This document shows positions 36,656-46,757 of a stretch of 55,440 nt of DNA, piece by piece. The position numbers and the translations under genes are program-made. The notes under the pieces are model-generated. The model worked only from the letters and a program-made list of their open reading frames with translations. It was not told where the DNA came from and made no database searches. This stretch comes from an uncultured virus (IMG/VR IMGVR_UViG_3300042295_000410) (lineage: Duplodnaviria > Heunggongvirae > Uroviricota > Caudoviricetes). The stretch lies in the IMG/VR virus record IMGVR_UViG_3300042295_000410. The stretch is one strand, 5' to 3'. Position 1 is the first letter of the stretch. Each line of letters opens with the position of its first letter.

Positions 36656-38038
36656 ATGCGATCACGTGAATTTTTAACCCTATTAGAATCCGAGCAAACT
36701 CTTAATCCTAACAAACTGACAAAAGATATGGTACGGTTTGATAGGCTCATTGCTAATATTACTGCCGGCAACCCTTTATACTTAAAAGACGGTACTCCTG
36801 TTGTTATTAAAAACACAGAAGCAAAGCGATTACAAGATCTTTTTGATCAAGGAAAATTTGCTGGTACTATAACTCTACTAGGTGCAGATCAAAAACCCTA
36901 TCCACTGGGATCATTCTTAAAAACAAAAGAATACGGTGGTCAAAGTGTTCCTCCTAATCAACAAGACACAGATGCAGTTCCTGTTGCTGGCCTTAGACCA
37001 GGACAGGTCTTCCAACACGGTGACCCAAATAAAGATCAAAATCTAACACCCGAACTTGCCTTGGAGTTGGGGGCATTTCTTGCGGGACAATTGGGGCAAA
37101 AGATACAATCAAATAAACATCTTGATAGTCAGGGTGCAGCTGGTGCGGCTGTTAAAGAAATTTCCCGTGCAATTGATGCAGAACAAATTCCGACGGTTCC
37201 AGATCTCAGCAAATCAGAAATTGGCAACATACAAAACTATGGATTTGAATATCTAGGAGTACAAGCCCTAATCAAAGGTGTTGCAAATTTTCCAAATTCT
37301 GAAGCATTTTACGAACACGTGGGCGGCAATCTAGAGGAATTAGTATTATATTTTCCGGCTAGTTCTAGTAATCCTGTAGCAGATAGTTACGCTCTTGTTA
37401 ACAGAAAAACTGAAAATACTATTTTTATCAGCAGTAAGGGCGCTGGAGGTGGCATGCCAAGCAGTGTAACCGCATTAAAGATTCCCAATAACATGAGAAA
37501 AATGATTGGCAAAGATCCTGCAATTACATTTATTGACATGTTGCAACAAAATGCCAAACCTGCATGGATACAACCGTTCTATGCCGCAAATTGGTTAGAA
37601 GAAAACTATCCAGGTTCAATGGGAGAATTAAGTAAATTTTTACCCTTTACTGACGAATTGTTTATATATTTGTCCACTATTCTAAAATCTCGTAACGAAG
37701 GTGTGCCAGAAACACTAGATCAAATTCCAGCAGAATTTCAAGAACTATATAAGTTAGTGGAAACTTCTATAACTGCTAAACACCCTTTATGGTACTACTT
37801 GAGATACTATGTCAAGGATGTAATTCATAGTGCTGTTAAGAAAGGCGTCATTCCTAATTTTTCTAAACGTATGATTGAATTGTTAGGACAGAATTTTGTT
37901 CTATTAAAAACCACTATTAAAGGCAAGCAATTTATAACAGATGTAAAATGGCCTTCAAAAGTAGGTGGTACTATTACATTTGAGCACAAAGATCCTGCTC
38001 CAAAATGGGATAGTGCAATGACCTGGAAACTTAATTAA
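36656..38038 (+). CDS. hypothetical protein, possibly virion-packaged
   Basis: 460 aa; TAAATA late motif; N-terminus MRSREFLTLLE; D..L...ISSKG may be a PD-(D/E)XK-like site. Confidence 0.7.
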   Translation: MRSREFLTLLESEQTLNPNKLTKDMVRFDRLIANITAGNPLYLKDGTPVVIKNTEAKRLQDLFDQGKFAGTITLLGADQKPYPLGSFLKTKEYGGQSVPPNQQDTDAVPVAGLRPGQVFQHGDPNKDQNLTPELALELGAFLAGQLGQKIQSNKHLDSQGAAGAAVKEISRAIDAEQIPTVPDLSKSEIGNIQNYGFEYLGVQALIKGVANFPNSEAFYEHVGGNLEELVLYFPASSSNPVADSYALVNRKTENTIFISSKGAGGGMPSSVTALKIPNNMRKMIGKDPAITFIDMLQQNAKPAWIQPFYAANWLEENYPGSMGELSKFLPFTDELFIYLSTILKSRNEGVPETLDQIPAEFQELYKLVETSITAKHPLWYYLRYYVKDVIHSAVKKGVIPNFSKRMIELLGQNFVLLKTTIKGKQFITDVKWPSKVGGTITFEHKDPAPKWDSAMTWKLN

Positions 38039-38075
38039 TTATTCCTGTCGTTAAGTATATACTAAATACTTAACG

Positions 38076-38444
38076 ATGGAACTGCTCTCAATACTCCTTC
38101 TTTTGCAGATCAAGCATTGTTATGCTGATTTTGTCCTGCAGACTTATCAACAGACCGTTAAAAAAGGTGTGTGGATGGACCCCACGGGAATTAGTCATAC
38201 AACAGATCATATGTATTGTACTTTAATAGCAATGCTTATTTTCAGTTTCTTTGTTCCTGTTGGTGCGTTTGCTATAATATTTGTTACTCTAATTGAAGGT
38301 ATTGTTCACTATCTTGTGGATTACAGCAAGGTAAAGTATGGTAGCAAAGACAACACTAAACCTATCTTCTGGACACAGTTCGGTCTAGACCAGCTAGCAC
38401 ATCAAGTCACATACATATGGATGATATGGTTTTTGTTAGTTTGA
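38076..38444 (+). CDS. DUF3307-like membrane protein
   Basis: KHCYADFVLQ, HYLVDYSK, GLDQLAH. Confidence 0.8.
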   Translation: MELLSILLLLQIKHCYADFVLQTYQQTVKKGVWMDPTGISHTTDHMYCTLIAMLIFSFFVPVGAFAIIFVTLIEGIVHYLVDYSKVKYGSKDNTKPIFWTQFGLDQLAHQVTYIWMIWFLLV

Positions 38445-38523
38445 ATTGTTAAACCCAACAAAACTGCGTATATAATCGCTCTCCAAATGCCCTTAAATAT
38501 ATGTAAGGACATCGGAGCGAGCA

Positions 38524-39012
38524 ATGAAGAAAATTAAAATAGCGTTAGGAGTATGTCTTACACTAGGACTTGCTACTGCAAATGCAGAATTGGTACACCA
38601 ATTCAACAATCCTACCTTTAGCGGTCAAGGGTGGGCCAGCCAAGTGCTGACTATGGAGCAAATGCGACAGAGCGCACAGGCCAGTAAAGCGTCAAGAGAG
38701 GCTGGAGAAAGAGCCGCAGCAGAAGCGGCCGCAGCAAATACACCGTTGGCTAGATTTATGAATCTGTTTACAGGACAAGTATACAGTCAATTGGCTACAC
38801 AGTTAACTAACAATCTGTTTAAAGAATGTACTGGATCAAATTGTTCTAAAGGTGAGTTTATGGTAACTGAAACACAAAAAATTGTCTGGACTAAATTAGA
38901 GAATAATGTTACGCTGAATGTTTTTGATGGAAAAATCGTTGACAAGAAATTTGTTCCAAATGCAAGTCCGACACAGACTATCACTGTGCCAGTATCTAGT
39001 TTTAATTTTTAA
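38524..39012 (+). CDS. csgF: curli assembly protein CsgF-like
   Basis: Signal peptide then ELVHQFNNPTFSG, matching the CsgF N-terminal F.NP.F.G motif. Confidence 0.7.
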   Translation: MKKIKIALGVCLTLGLATANAELVHQFNNPTFSGQGWASQVLTMEQMRQSAQASKASREAGERAAAEAAAANTPLARFMNLFTGQVYSQLATQLTNNLFKECTGSNCSKGEFMVTETQKIVWTKLENNVTLNVFDGKIVDKKFVPNASPTQTITVPVSSFNF

Positions 39013-39022
39013 GGAGCGATGG

Positions 39023-39988
39023 ATGAGAATATTTAAATTATCAACTATTGTTCTTGCAACAGCAGTATTGATGGGGTGTGCATCCGTAGTTAGACCTTTT
39101 GGCAAAGTAGGTATTGGAGACATACCAAAAGTAACAGAGACTATACAAAAAGAAATTGATACACTACCTGCGCCAGACGGTCCTAAGATTGCAGTGGCAG
39201 TTTACGGATTTAAAGACATGACTGGACAGAGAAAAAACAGCACCACGCTGAGTTTATTCTCAACCGCAGTAACACAAGGTGCCGAAAGTTATCTAATCAA
39301 GAGTTTACAAGAAGCAGGTAATCGTCAATGGTTTACTGTAGTAGAACGTGTTAATCTTGACAACCTATTAAAAGAACGTCAGATGATTAAACAGACTCGT
39401 GAGATATACGACGGAGCTAATGCTAAAATGCTACCACCTTTGGCATTAGCTGGAGTTATTCTAGAAGGTGGTATCATTGACTACAACAGTAATGTACTAA
39501 CAGGCGGAACTGGATTTGCAGTTTTAGGAATTGGCCCATACACACAGTATATGCAAGATCAAGTGGTAATCAGTATGAGATTAGTCAGTGTACAAACCGG
39601 AGAAATATTAACCAGTGTTACTATTGAGAAAAATCTTTTGAGTACCAAAGACGGTACAACTGCTGTTAAATTTTACAATCAAGGAACGCGATCATTTGAG
39701 TTTGACAGTAGTCAAACTTTTAATGAACCAGGCAACTATGCTCTAAGGTCGGCAATTGAGCAAGGGATTATTGAGCTAGTTAAAAGTGGAAAAAATCTAG
39801 GTCTATGGAAATTCAAGGAGAAACCTAATGAGTTGGTTCAAAAGGAAGCCCCACGTGAAGGAGCCGCCCAAACACCTTCCGCATCGTCAGTACAGCCCAG
39901 CAACGGAAAAAATGCTAGAGGAAGTAAAGAAGAAGGTAGTTGGAATGCTACCGACGGATCAGGCAACAGGATCCAAACAACAAAATAA
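39023..39988 (+). CDS. csgG: curli secretion channel CsgG-like lipoprotein
   Basis: Lipobox VLMGC; AVY.FKD.TGQRK, FSTAVTQG, WF.VVER..LDNLLKERQ, EGGIIDY. Confidence 0.9.
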   Translation: MRIFKLSTIVLATAVLMGCASVVRPFGKVGIGDIPKVTETIQKEIDTLPAPDGPKIAVAVYGFKDMTGQRKNSTTLSLFSTAVTQGAESYLIKSLQEAGNRQWFTVVERVNLDNLLKERQMIKQTREIYDGANAKMLPPLALAGVILEGGIIDYNSNVLTGGTGFAVLGIGPYTQYMQDQVVISMRLVSVQTGEILTSVTIEKNLLSTKDGTTAVKFYNQGTRSFEFDSSQTFNEPGNYALRSAIEQGIIELVKSGKNLGLWKFKEKPNELVQKEAPREGAAQTPSASSVQPSNGKNARGSKEEGSWNATDGSGNRIQTTK

Positions 39989-40023
39989 AGCGAGACCGGT
40001 CAACAAAACCAGGAGCAAATAAA

Positions 40024-40830
40024 ATGAAAAAAACACTATTAGCAATTATATTAGCCGCAACACTGCCGGCTTTTGCACAAACAGCACCTACTGCACCAAC
40101 GCAGGCCAGTGCGCCCACGATTACTACAGCCAGTACCACACGCTTTGCAGCAGGCGTTACGGCTGCATTAGGTGCAAGTACAACTAACATTATCTATCTA
40201 GAGCAGACTGGATCTGCACCTACAGTCAGTATCAATCAAGACGGTAACAGTAACCGTGCTGGTGCTACTGCCGCAGGTGCTATTAACAGTATGATATTAG
40301 ATGGTAATAATCAAGTTGTTACTATTGACCAAACAGGTAACAATAACATTATCAACACCATGAAAATCACCGGAAGTGATGCTAATGTTTACTTGCTACA
40401 GTCAGGTAACAGCAACACAGCCAATGTAAGTTGTGGATTGACAACAACCTGTGCAGGACAAGCTGGCCTTGATGAAAATGCATTGCTTGATTTAAGATTC
40501 ACTGGTAACAGCAACACTGCAAATTATACCGGCAATGGTACAGCACTTCAAGCAGCAGCGTATGTTACAGGCAACGGTAATACACTTAACTTAGAACAAT
40601 CTAGCTCTACCGGTGCTGGTCAACAAATGTTGATTAACTTGTCAAGTAGTGACAACAACACTGTTAACGTTCTGCAATCTAGTGCAAGCATGAGCAGTTT
40701 AGTATTGGCACAAAACGGTGCAGGTGGAACAACTTTTAACATCAGTCAAACTGGGACCCATGCTAACGTTGCTAATATTTCAGCCACAGCAGCAGGTGGC
40801 ACTTTTAACATCATTCAGAAGAGCCGTTAA
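40024..40830 (+). CDS. secreted curlin-repeat protein (CsgA/CsgB-like)
   Basis: Signal peptide; repeated I.Q.G..N units. Confidence 0.7.
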   Translation: MKKTLLAIILAATLPAFAQTAPTAPTQASAPTITTASTTRFAAGVTAALGASTTNIIYLEQTGSAPTVSINQDGNSNRAGATAAGAINSMILDGNNQVVTIDQTGNNNIINTMKITGSDANVYLLQSGNSNTANVSCGLTTTCAGQAGLDENALLDLRFTGNSNTANYTGNGTALQAAAYVTGNGNTLNLEQSSSTGAGQQMLINLSSSDNNTVNVLQSSASMSSLVLAQNGAGGTTFNISQTGTHANVANISATAAGGTFNIIQKSR

Positions 40831-40842
40831 TCGGAGGATGCT

Positions 40843-41979
40843 GTGAAGTTATGGGCCATTGCACTATGGTTGGTTTGCACCACTGCGATTGCTGATATAG
40901 GATCAGTCGTTGATCTTTCAGGCACCGCAGTTATTAAACGTGGCAAAACAATCGTCTCCGTAGCTAAAGGCACTGTAGTTGAAACCAATGATAAAGTTGA
41001 AACTAAAAACGGTGTTGTCAACATCAAGTTTAAAGACAACACCACTGTTAAAATAACTGAAAACAGTGCATTAGTAATAGATGATTTTGTATACGATCCT
41101 AAAAATGCTGCGGGCGGCAAACTTAGCCTTAAGGCTGCTGCTGGTACTGTACGTTATGTATCTGGTAATATCGCACACAACAACCCCAACAGTGTAAAAA
41201 TTAATACACCCACTGCGTCTATTGCTGTTCGCGGCACTGATTTTGTAATGTCAGTAGATGAAACAGGTAAAAGTCTTGTTATGTTAATGCCTGCCTGTGA
41301 AGTAAATCAAAGCATTAACTTAAAAGGAATGGTTTGCGGTAGTGGTCGAATAGATGTTGACAGCGGATCAAAAATAATTACATTAGACAAACCTTATCAA
41401 GCAACTATTGTTGAAACAGCGGCAACCCCTCCTACTATTCCTGTAGTAGTTAATCTAGCTAATACTGCAATTGGAAATAATTTATTGATTCGTTTGCCTA
41501 ATACTATGTCAGGTGTTGGTATACAACAAGCTGCTCGTGCTGCTGCTGAAAAAACTGGCGATGCCAAACGTGACGATGACAAGAAAGACAACAAAGATCC
41601 TAGTTCGGCAGAAGCCAAAGCGACTAACGATCAGCAGAAAAATAATCAAGAACGAACTTCTAGGGAGCGAGATGCAGAAGACCGTGCCTTATCCTTATTA
41701 ACAGAACTAAAAGATAAAGGTGTTGCAGTAACAGACAAAGCATTTGAAAACGAGCATGTGGTTCGATACTACAAGAACGATAATCCAAACTTAAATCAGT
41801 TAGGTATAGGCTATATGAGTTTGAGTGCTAACGGAAATAACTTTACTGCTATAAGTCTAACTAATGACAACAAGGTGTTGGTAGTAGTTACACAAGATAG
41901 AATTACCGATGCGTTCAATTTTGCTGGATCACTCAACAAGCCGCAGGGCAGTATCATTATTAATCAGAGCTACAGATGA
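40843..41979 (+). CDS. FecR-domain periplasmic protein
   Basis: Signal peptide; ENSALVIDDFVYDP, GTVRYVSG, TPTASIAVRGTDF. Confidence 0.82.
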   Translation: MKLWAIALWLVCTTAIADIGSVVDLSGTAVIKRGKTIVSVAKGTVVETNDKVETKNGVVNIKFKDNTTVKITENSALVIDDFVYDPKNAAGGKLSLKAAAGTVRYVSGNIAHNNPNSVKINTPTASIAVRGTDFVMSVDETGKSLVMLMPACEVNQSINLKGMVCGSGRIDVDSGSKIITLDKPYQATIVETAATPPTIPVVVNLANTAIGNNLLIRLPNTMSGVGIQQAARAAAEKTGDAKRDDDKKDNKDPSSAEAKATNDQQKNNQERTSRERDAEDRALSLLTELKDKGVAVTDKAFENEHVVRYYKNDNPNLNQLGIGYMSLSANGNNFTAISLTNDNKVLVVVTQDRITDAFNFAGSLNKPQGSIIINQSYR

Positions 41980-43961
41980 TAAGACAAATATTTTTAATGA
42001 TGTTGCTAGTCTGCACAAATGCCTTTGGTGCTATCACCGACGGCAAGTTTGGCATCAATCAAATATTTGACGTACAATACAGCTGGAGTGGTACCACATT
42101 ATATGCCAGCAACTTTATTGCACCTTACAACAAGAACTTTCAAACAGTGACGGTTAGCGCAGGACAATACTTTCAGTTCTTTAATAGCACAACTAATCCA
42201 GGGAAGCACGGATTGAAATTGATGAACAGCAACGGCACACAACACAGTATTGTCCATGATCACGGCGATATTACTGCTCTAGGTAATGGTGCTATCTTCT
42301 ATATTGGATCTGGGTTCTTTGGTAATGTGATTACAACGGCACAAGGTTATAACTACGGTGCTAGTGCTACATTTACTAATATGGATACTAGTGTTACCAG
42401 CAGTGACCTAAATAACTATACATTTGCTAGCACAACACCGTTATCAGCAGGACAAACAGCACAGCCGGCACCTGCAACACCGAACTGGCAAATGATTAGA
42501 ACCAACAGCACGCCAGTTGTAATCAGCAACATCTATCCTACCAGCTATAATAGTCCCAGCAACGAAGGTGCTGCTAATGCCTTTGACGGCAACGTTGGCA
42601 CTAAGTACTTGAACTTTGATAAACAGAACGCAGGTGTCACTGTTAAACTAAGTCAAGGTCGTGTAGTTCAAAAGTTTACCATTACTACTGCTAATGATTC
42701 AGTTGAACGAGATCCAGCAAGTTATAAACTATACGGATCTAATGATGGTGTTAACTGGACTCTGATTAAAGAAGGTCCGTTGACTTTATCTGATTCTAGA
42801 TTTAGTGTCAGTGGTGAAATAACAGTGGACAACACTACCGCCTATGTCTATTACTTTATAAAGTTTCCAAGTATTAAAAATAACAGCGGTAATAGTGTGC
42901 AGATTGCTGAAGTTACCTACTACTACGATTTAAATGATGGAGTAACCAGCAGTGATACAGGTTCAGGTGGCACACCTAGCAATCCAGGTACAGCAGGTGC
43001 AGCAGTATCCAACGAAGGACCAACGGTAGTTGGTACATCAACTAGCAACAGTATTAGCACAAGTTCATCTAGTTCAAGCACTGGATCTATAACAATTACT
43101 CGCCCAACTACCACAGGAAACTTTACTGACGGGTTCGTAGGAACAACTACAGTGACTACAACAACTACAACACCGGTGACTACTACTACATGGAGTGACG
43201 GATCAACTACAACTAGCAACGGTACACCAAGTAGCACTACTAACACTACCTATACCATCACACCCACTTACGGAACTGCTCCTACATATTCTCGAACCGC
43301 TCCTAACATTAGTGGCAACAGCATTTATATCAAACAGGTTGTGGCTGGCACAAACAATTCCGTTACATTAGAGCAAGATGGAAATAACAATGCCATTACA
43401 GGAACCGACAGCGGGTGGGCAACGTTAAATGGCAACGGCAACATACTGAGTATAAAACAGTTCGGACAAGGTAATATTGCAGGTGTTAAAATGAATGCCT
43501 GGGGCAACAATATTGACATTAAGCAACAGACTGCTAACGGTGGTGATGTCAACAACAATATATTCAATTTTGAAAGTGCTGGTAATGGTAATGCAGTCAC
43601 TGCTCAACAACAGAGCAATAACAATACCGCTAGTGTAAAAACTACATGGGATATTAATACTGTAAACATTACACAAAAGACTGGAACAGGTAATGCAAGT
43701 TATGCTACATTAACAGGCAATTGGAACACTGTTAACAACACACAAGCCGGCAGCAACAATCTAAGCATTGTAAATGTCAGCGGAGACAACAACTCAGCAA
43801 CAGTTAATCAAACTGGCACAGGACACAGTACTTTATTAAACTTAATTGGTAATAAAAACACTGTTAGCGTCACACAAACAGGTGTAGGAGATGCCTACAC
43901 ACTACAACAGACCTGTACAAATCCAGCAGGCTGCTCGGTATCAGTTATTAGAAACAAGTAA
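41976..43961 (+). CDS. secreted protein with discoidin (F5/8 type C)-like domain, Thr/Ser linker and C-terminal curlin repeats
   Basis: NAFDG...TKY, RDP..YKLYGSNDG.NWT; Q.G..N repeats. Confidence 0.72.
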   Translation: MIRQIFLMMLLVCTNAFGAITDGKFGINQIFDVQYSWSGTTLYASNFIAPYNKNFQTVTVSAGQYFQFFNSTTNPGKHGLKLMNSNGTQHSIVHDHGDITALGNGAIFYIGSGFFGNVITTAQGYNYGASATFTNMDTSVTSSDLNNYTFASTTPLSAGQTAQPAPATPNWQMIRTNSTPVVISNIYPTSYNSPSNEGAANAFDGNVGTKYLNFDKQNAGVTVKLSQGRVVQKFTITTANDSVERDPASYKLYGSNDGVNWTLIKEGPLTLSDSRFSVSGEITVDNTTAYVYYFIKFPSIKNNSGNSVQIAEVTYYYDLNDGVTSSDTGSGGTPSNPGTAGAAVSNEGPTVVGTSTSNSISTSSSSSSTGSITITRPTTTGNFTDGFVGTTTVTTTTTTPVTTTTWSDGSTTTSNGTPSSTTNTTYTITPTYGTAPTYSRTAPNISGNSIYIKQVVAGTNNSVTLEQDGNNNAITGTDSGWATLNGNGNILSIKQFGQGNIAGVKMNAWGNNIDIKQQTANGGDVNNNIFNFESAGNGNAVTAQQQSNNNTASVKTTWDINTVNITQKTGTGNASYATLTGNWNTVNNTQAGSNNLSIVNVSGDNNSATVNQTGTGHSTLLNLIGNKNTVSVTQTGVGDAYTLQQTCTNPAGCSVSVIRNK

Positions 43962-43980
43962 ATTTTGCTATAAATAACTG

Positions 43981-44313
43981 ATGCGATTCGACGACCTTAT
44001 TAAAAAACCTGCCAAACCGCAGAAGCCATTGACCTATACAGAAAGTTTACAGGCTAAACTTGATGCAGAAATGGCGGATAAACCTGCTCCAAAATTTACA
44101 GCATTAGAATATGCTATGATGGAAGGTGGTCACAGTTTAGAAGAAAACTTTGCAGATGGTAAGAACCCGCAAGACAAAGGCGACAGCAAGCGTCACGGTG
44201 TTCCTACTAAATCGTCAGTAAGTACACTGCGTAAGGTTGCCAAGCAAGGTGGTCGAAAAGGTCAGTTAGCACATTGGATGGCCAATATGAAAGCAGGGAA
44301 GGCTAAGAAATGA
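43981..44313 (+). CDS. small basic phage protein
   Basis: TATAAATA 5 nt upstream; LEE then basic C-terminus. Confidence 0.7.
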   Translation: MRFDDLIKKPAKPQKPLTYTESLQAKLDAEMADKPAPKFTALEYAMMEGGHSLEENFADGKNPQDKGDSKRHGVPTKSSVSTLRKVAKQGGRKGQLAHWMANMKAGKAKK

Positions 44314-44597
44314 AGATTCAAGAACTTTTAGAAGACTGGAACAAAGTCAACAAACAAGACAAGACAGATGGCCTTAGTCAAAAGGCTGTTAATGCTTATC
44401 GTAGAGAGAATCCAGGCAGCAAACTTAAGACTGCTGTAACTACTAAGCCTAGTAAATTAAAAGCAGGCAGCAAGGATGCTAAACGCCGCAAGAGTTTTTG
44501 TGCTCGCATGTCGGGTAACAAAGGCCCTATGAAGGACGAGAAAGGTCGTCCAACTCCTAAAGCCAAAGCACTGTCTCGCTGGAACTGCGAGGAATAA
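44310..44597 (+). CDS. small basic phage protein (DUF6321-like)
   Basis: YRRENPGSKLKTAVT, RRKSFCARM motifs common in T4-like phages. Confidence 0.7.
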   Translation: MKIQELLEDWNKVNKQDKTDGLSQKAVNAYRRENPGSKLKTAVTTKPSKLKAGSKDAKRRKSFCARMSGNKGPMKDEKGRPTPKAKALSRWNCEE

Positions 44598-44600
44598 AAT

Positions 44601-46664
44601 ATGAAAAAAATATTACTAAGCCCGTGGTTGGCATTAATTACATTGGTATTGATAGCAGGTGTCAGATTTGCAGATCCTGCATTTGTTGAATCAGTTAGAC
44701 TGCGATACTTCGATCAACTTATCATTAGCCAACCTAAACAAGACATTCCTGTACATACTGTTAATATAGATGAAGCTGCATTAGACAAGTATGGACAATT
44801 CCCTTTTCCTCGAGGACTATATGCTGACATTATTAAAGACCTATATGATAGAAACGCTGGACTTGTTGTGCTCAATATCCTCATGCCTGAATCAGATCGA
44901 TTCAATCAAGATACTCAACTGGCCAAAGCCTTAGAAAAATATTCAGTGGTGCTGCCGCAGGTTGCCAGCACCACAGGCAAGAATAAGACGTTCGGAAGTG
45001 CTGTACAAATTGTAGGCGTTGACCCAGAAGGTAGTCTAGTAGAATATCCAGGTATTATCGCCAACGTTCCTATGCTAGAAGAACGTGCGGCTGGTGTAGG
45101 TGTTGTAAATACTTTTCCTGAAATAGACGGTGTTGTTCGTCGTATGCCGTTGCTAATACTAAGCGGAGAAACTGTGCATCCTGCAATCGGTTTAGAAACA
45201 CTTAGGACTGCGGCAGGAGATACAAAAATACAAGTTAAGATTACAGACATGGGGGTTGAAGCAGTGCGTATTCCTAAACTGAATCGCATCAACGTAGATC
45301 CATTGAGTCGTGTATGGATTGATTGGAGCCAGCAACCCAAGCAACACAGTCTTGCCAAATTGCCCAAAGACTTCAACGGTGAAATCGTTATAGTGGGATT
45401 AAGTGCGGCAGGATTAGTTCAACCAGTAGCTACTGCTCGCGGCGAAATTTGGCCACAGGATATGCAGGCAAGTTTATTAGGTACAATGCTTAACGGCAAA
45501 ACTATTCAGCGTCCAGGCTACGCAGATGACTTAGAAACAGTAGCTATTCTAATTGCAGGTATATTGCTATTATTTTTAACGAGGTGGACCTATGCGGGAT
45601 TGGCAGCGACAGTTGTTATTATTGGCGGTGGCATTGCTGGCAGCATCTATGCTTACAGCAGTCTTTTATTCTTATTCGATGCTACTGCCTTTGCAGTTGG
45701 CACAACTTTGGTCGCTCTGCATGCCTATGGCATCAAGTTTGTAAGCGAGTTCCTACAGAAGAGTCAGATTAAGAAACAGTTTGGCAGTTACGTAAATCCT
45801 GTTATTGTTGAACGCTTACAAAAAGATCCTAGCTTTATCAAACTGGGTGGTGAGAAGAAAGATTTAACTGTTATCATGAGCGACATGCGTAACTTTACGG
45901 GACTAGGTGAGACATACGGTGATGACGTTGTGGCATTTACACAGACTATGAACCGTTACATGACTGCCATTGCGGAGCCTATACTGCGTAACAATGGGTG
46001 TTTGATCAAGTTCATAGGTGATGCGTCATTACACGTACACGGTGCTCCTATTCAAGAAGAACAAGATCCGGATCATGTGTTAGCAGGAGTGCGTACAGGT
46101 CTTGAAATGTTGCACGCTGTTGAGCTGTTTAATATTGAACTTACCAAAGAAGGTAAGCCCTTAGTAGGTTGCGGATTGGGTATCAACACTGGCCCTACAC
46201 TAATTGGTAACATTGGTAGTAAGGATCGATTTGGTTATGACGTACTAGGCGACTCAGTAAGTTTAACTGCTCGACTAGAAGGACAGACCAAGAACTATGG
46301 TGTGTTGATCATCATTAGCGAGTTTACACAGGCTCGAGTAGGCGACAATTACTTTACAATTCCATTAGACTGTATTGCTGTTAAAGGTAAGACTATTGGC
46401 GTTAACATATTCACAGTGTTTTACAATCCAGATGCCACTGTGGCAGCAGATTGGATCATGGCTCGAGAGCATCATGAACTAATGTTAGAATATTATCGTC
46501 AACAACAGTGGGACAAGGCCATTACACTGTGCCAAGAACTTACAGGTGAGTTTGACGGCAAGATGGATCACTATTACGAATTATGGATTGAGCGTATTGC
46601 TGAGATGCGTACAAGAGATCTAGCCGCAGATTGGGACGGTACCTACAGAGCTACATCAAAGTGA
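44601..46664 (+). CDS. CHASE2-domain adenylate/guanylate cyclase
   Basis: IDEAALDKYGQFPFPR, DGVVRR, TM helices, SDMRNFT, KFIGDA, GINTG, GD.V..ARLEG, VKGK. Confidence 0.92.
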   Translation: MKKILLSPWLALITLVLIAGVRFADPAFVESVRLRYFDQLIISQPKQDIPVHTVNIDEAALDKYGQFPFPRGLYADIIKDLYDRNAGLVVLNILMPESDRFNQDTQLAKALEKYSVVLPQVASTTGKNKTFGSAVQIVGVDPEGSLVEYPGIIANVPMLEERAAGVGVVNTFPEIDGVVRRMPLLILSGETVHPAIGLETLRTAAGDTKIQVKITDMGVEAVRIPKLNRINVDPLSRVWIDWSQQPKQHSLAKLPKDFNGEIVIVGLSAAGLVQPVATARGEIWPQDMQASLLGTMLNGKTIQRPGYADDLETVAILIAGILLLFLTRWTYAGLAATVVIIGGGIAGSIYAYSSLLFLFDATAFAVGTTLVALHAYGIKFVSEFLQKSQIKKQFGSYVNPVIVERLQKDPSFIKLGGEKKDLTVIMSDMRNFTGLGETYGDDVVAFTQTMNRYMTAIAEPILRNNGCLIKFIGDASLHVHGAPIQEEQDPDHVLAGVRTGLEMLHAVELFNIELTKEGKPLVGCGLGINTGPTLIGNIGSKDRFGYDVLGDSVSLTARLEGQTKNYGVLIIISEFTQARVGDNYFTIPLDCIAVKGKTIGVNIFTVFYNPDATVAADWIMAREHHELMLEYYRQQQWDKAITLCQELTGEFDGKMDHYYELWIERIAEMRTRDLAADWDGTYRATSK

Positions 46665-46757
46665 TAGAAGATGTTCTAGATGAATATGCCAGGCTTTGGA
46701 TCCTGGCATATTATTGGCCTTATTTTGTTTTAGGAAACTCTGACAACATTAAAGAAA

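Noticed and set aside
42923..43270. Thr/Ser-rich repetitive stretch and Val-rich antisense ORF
   Set aside because: Low-complexity protein linker; the antisense ORF is its shadow
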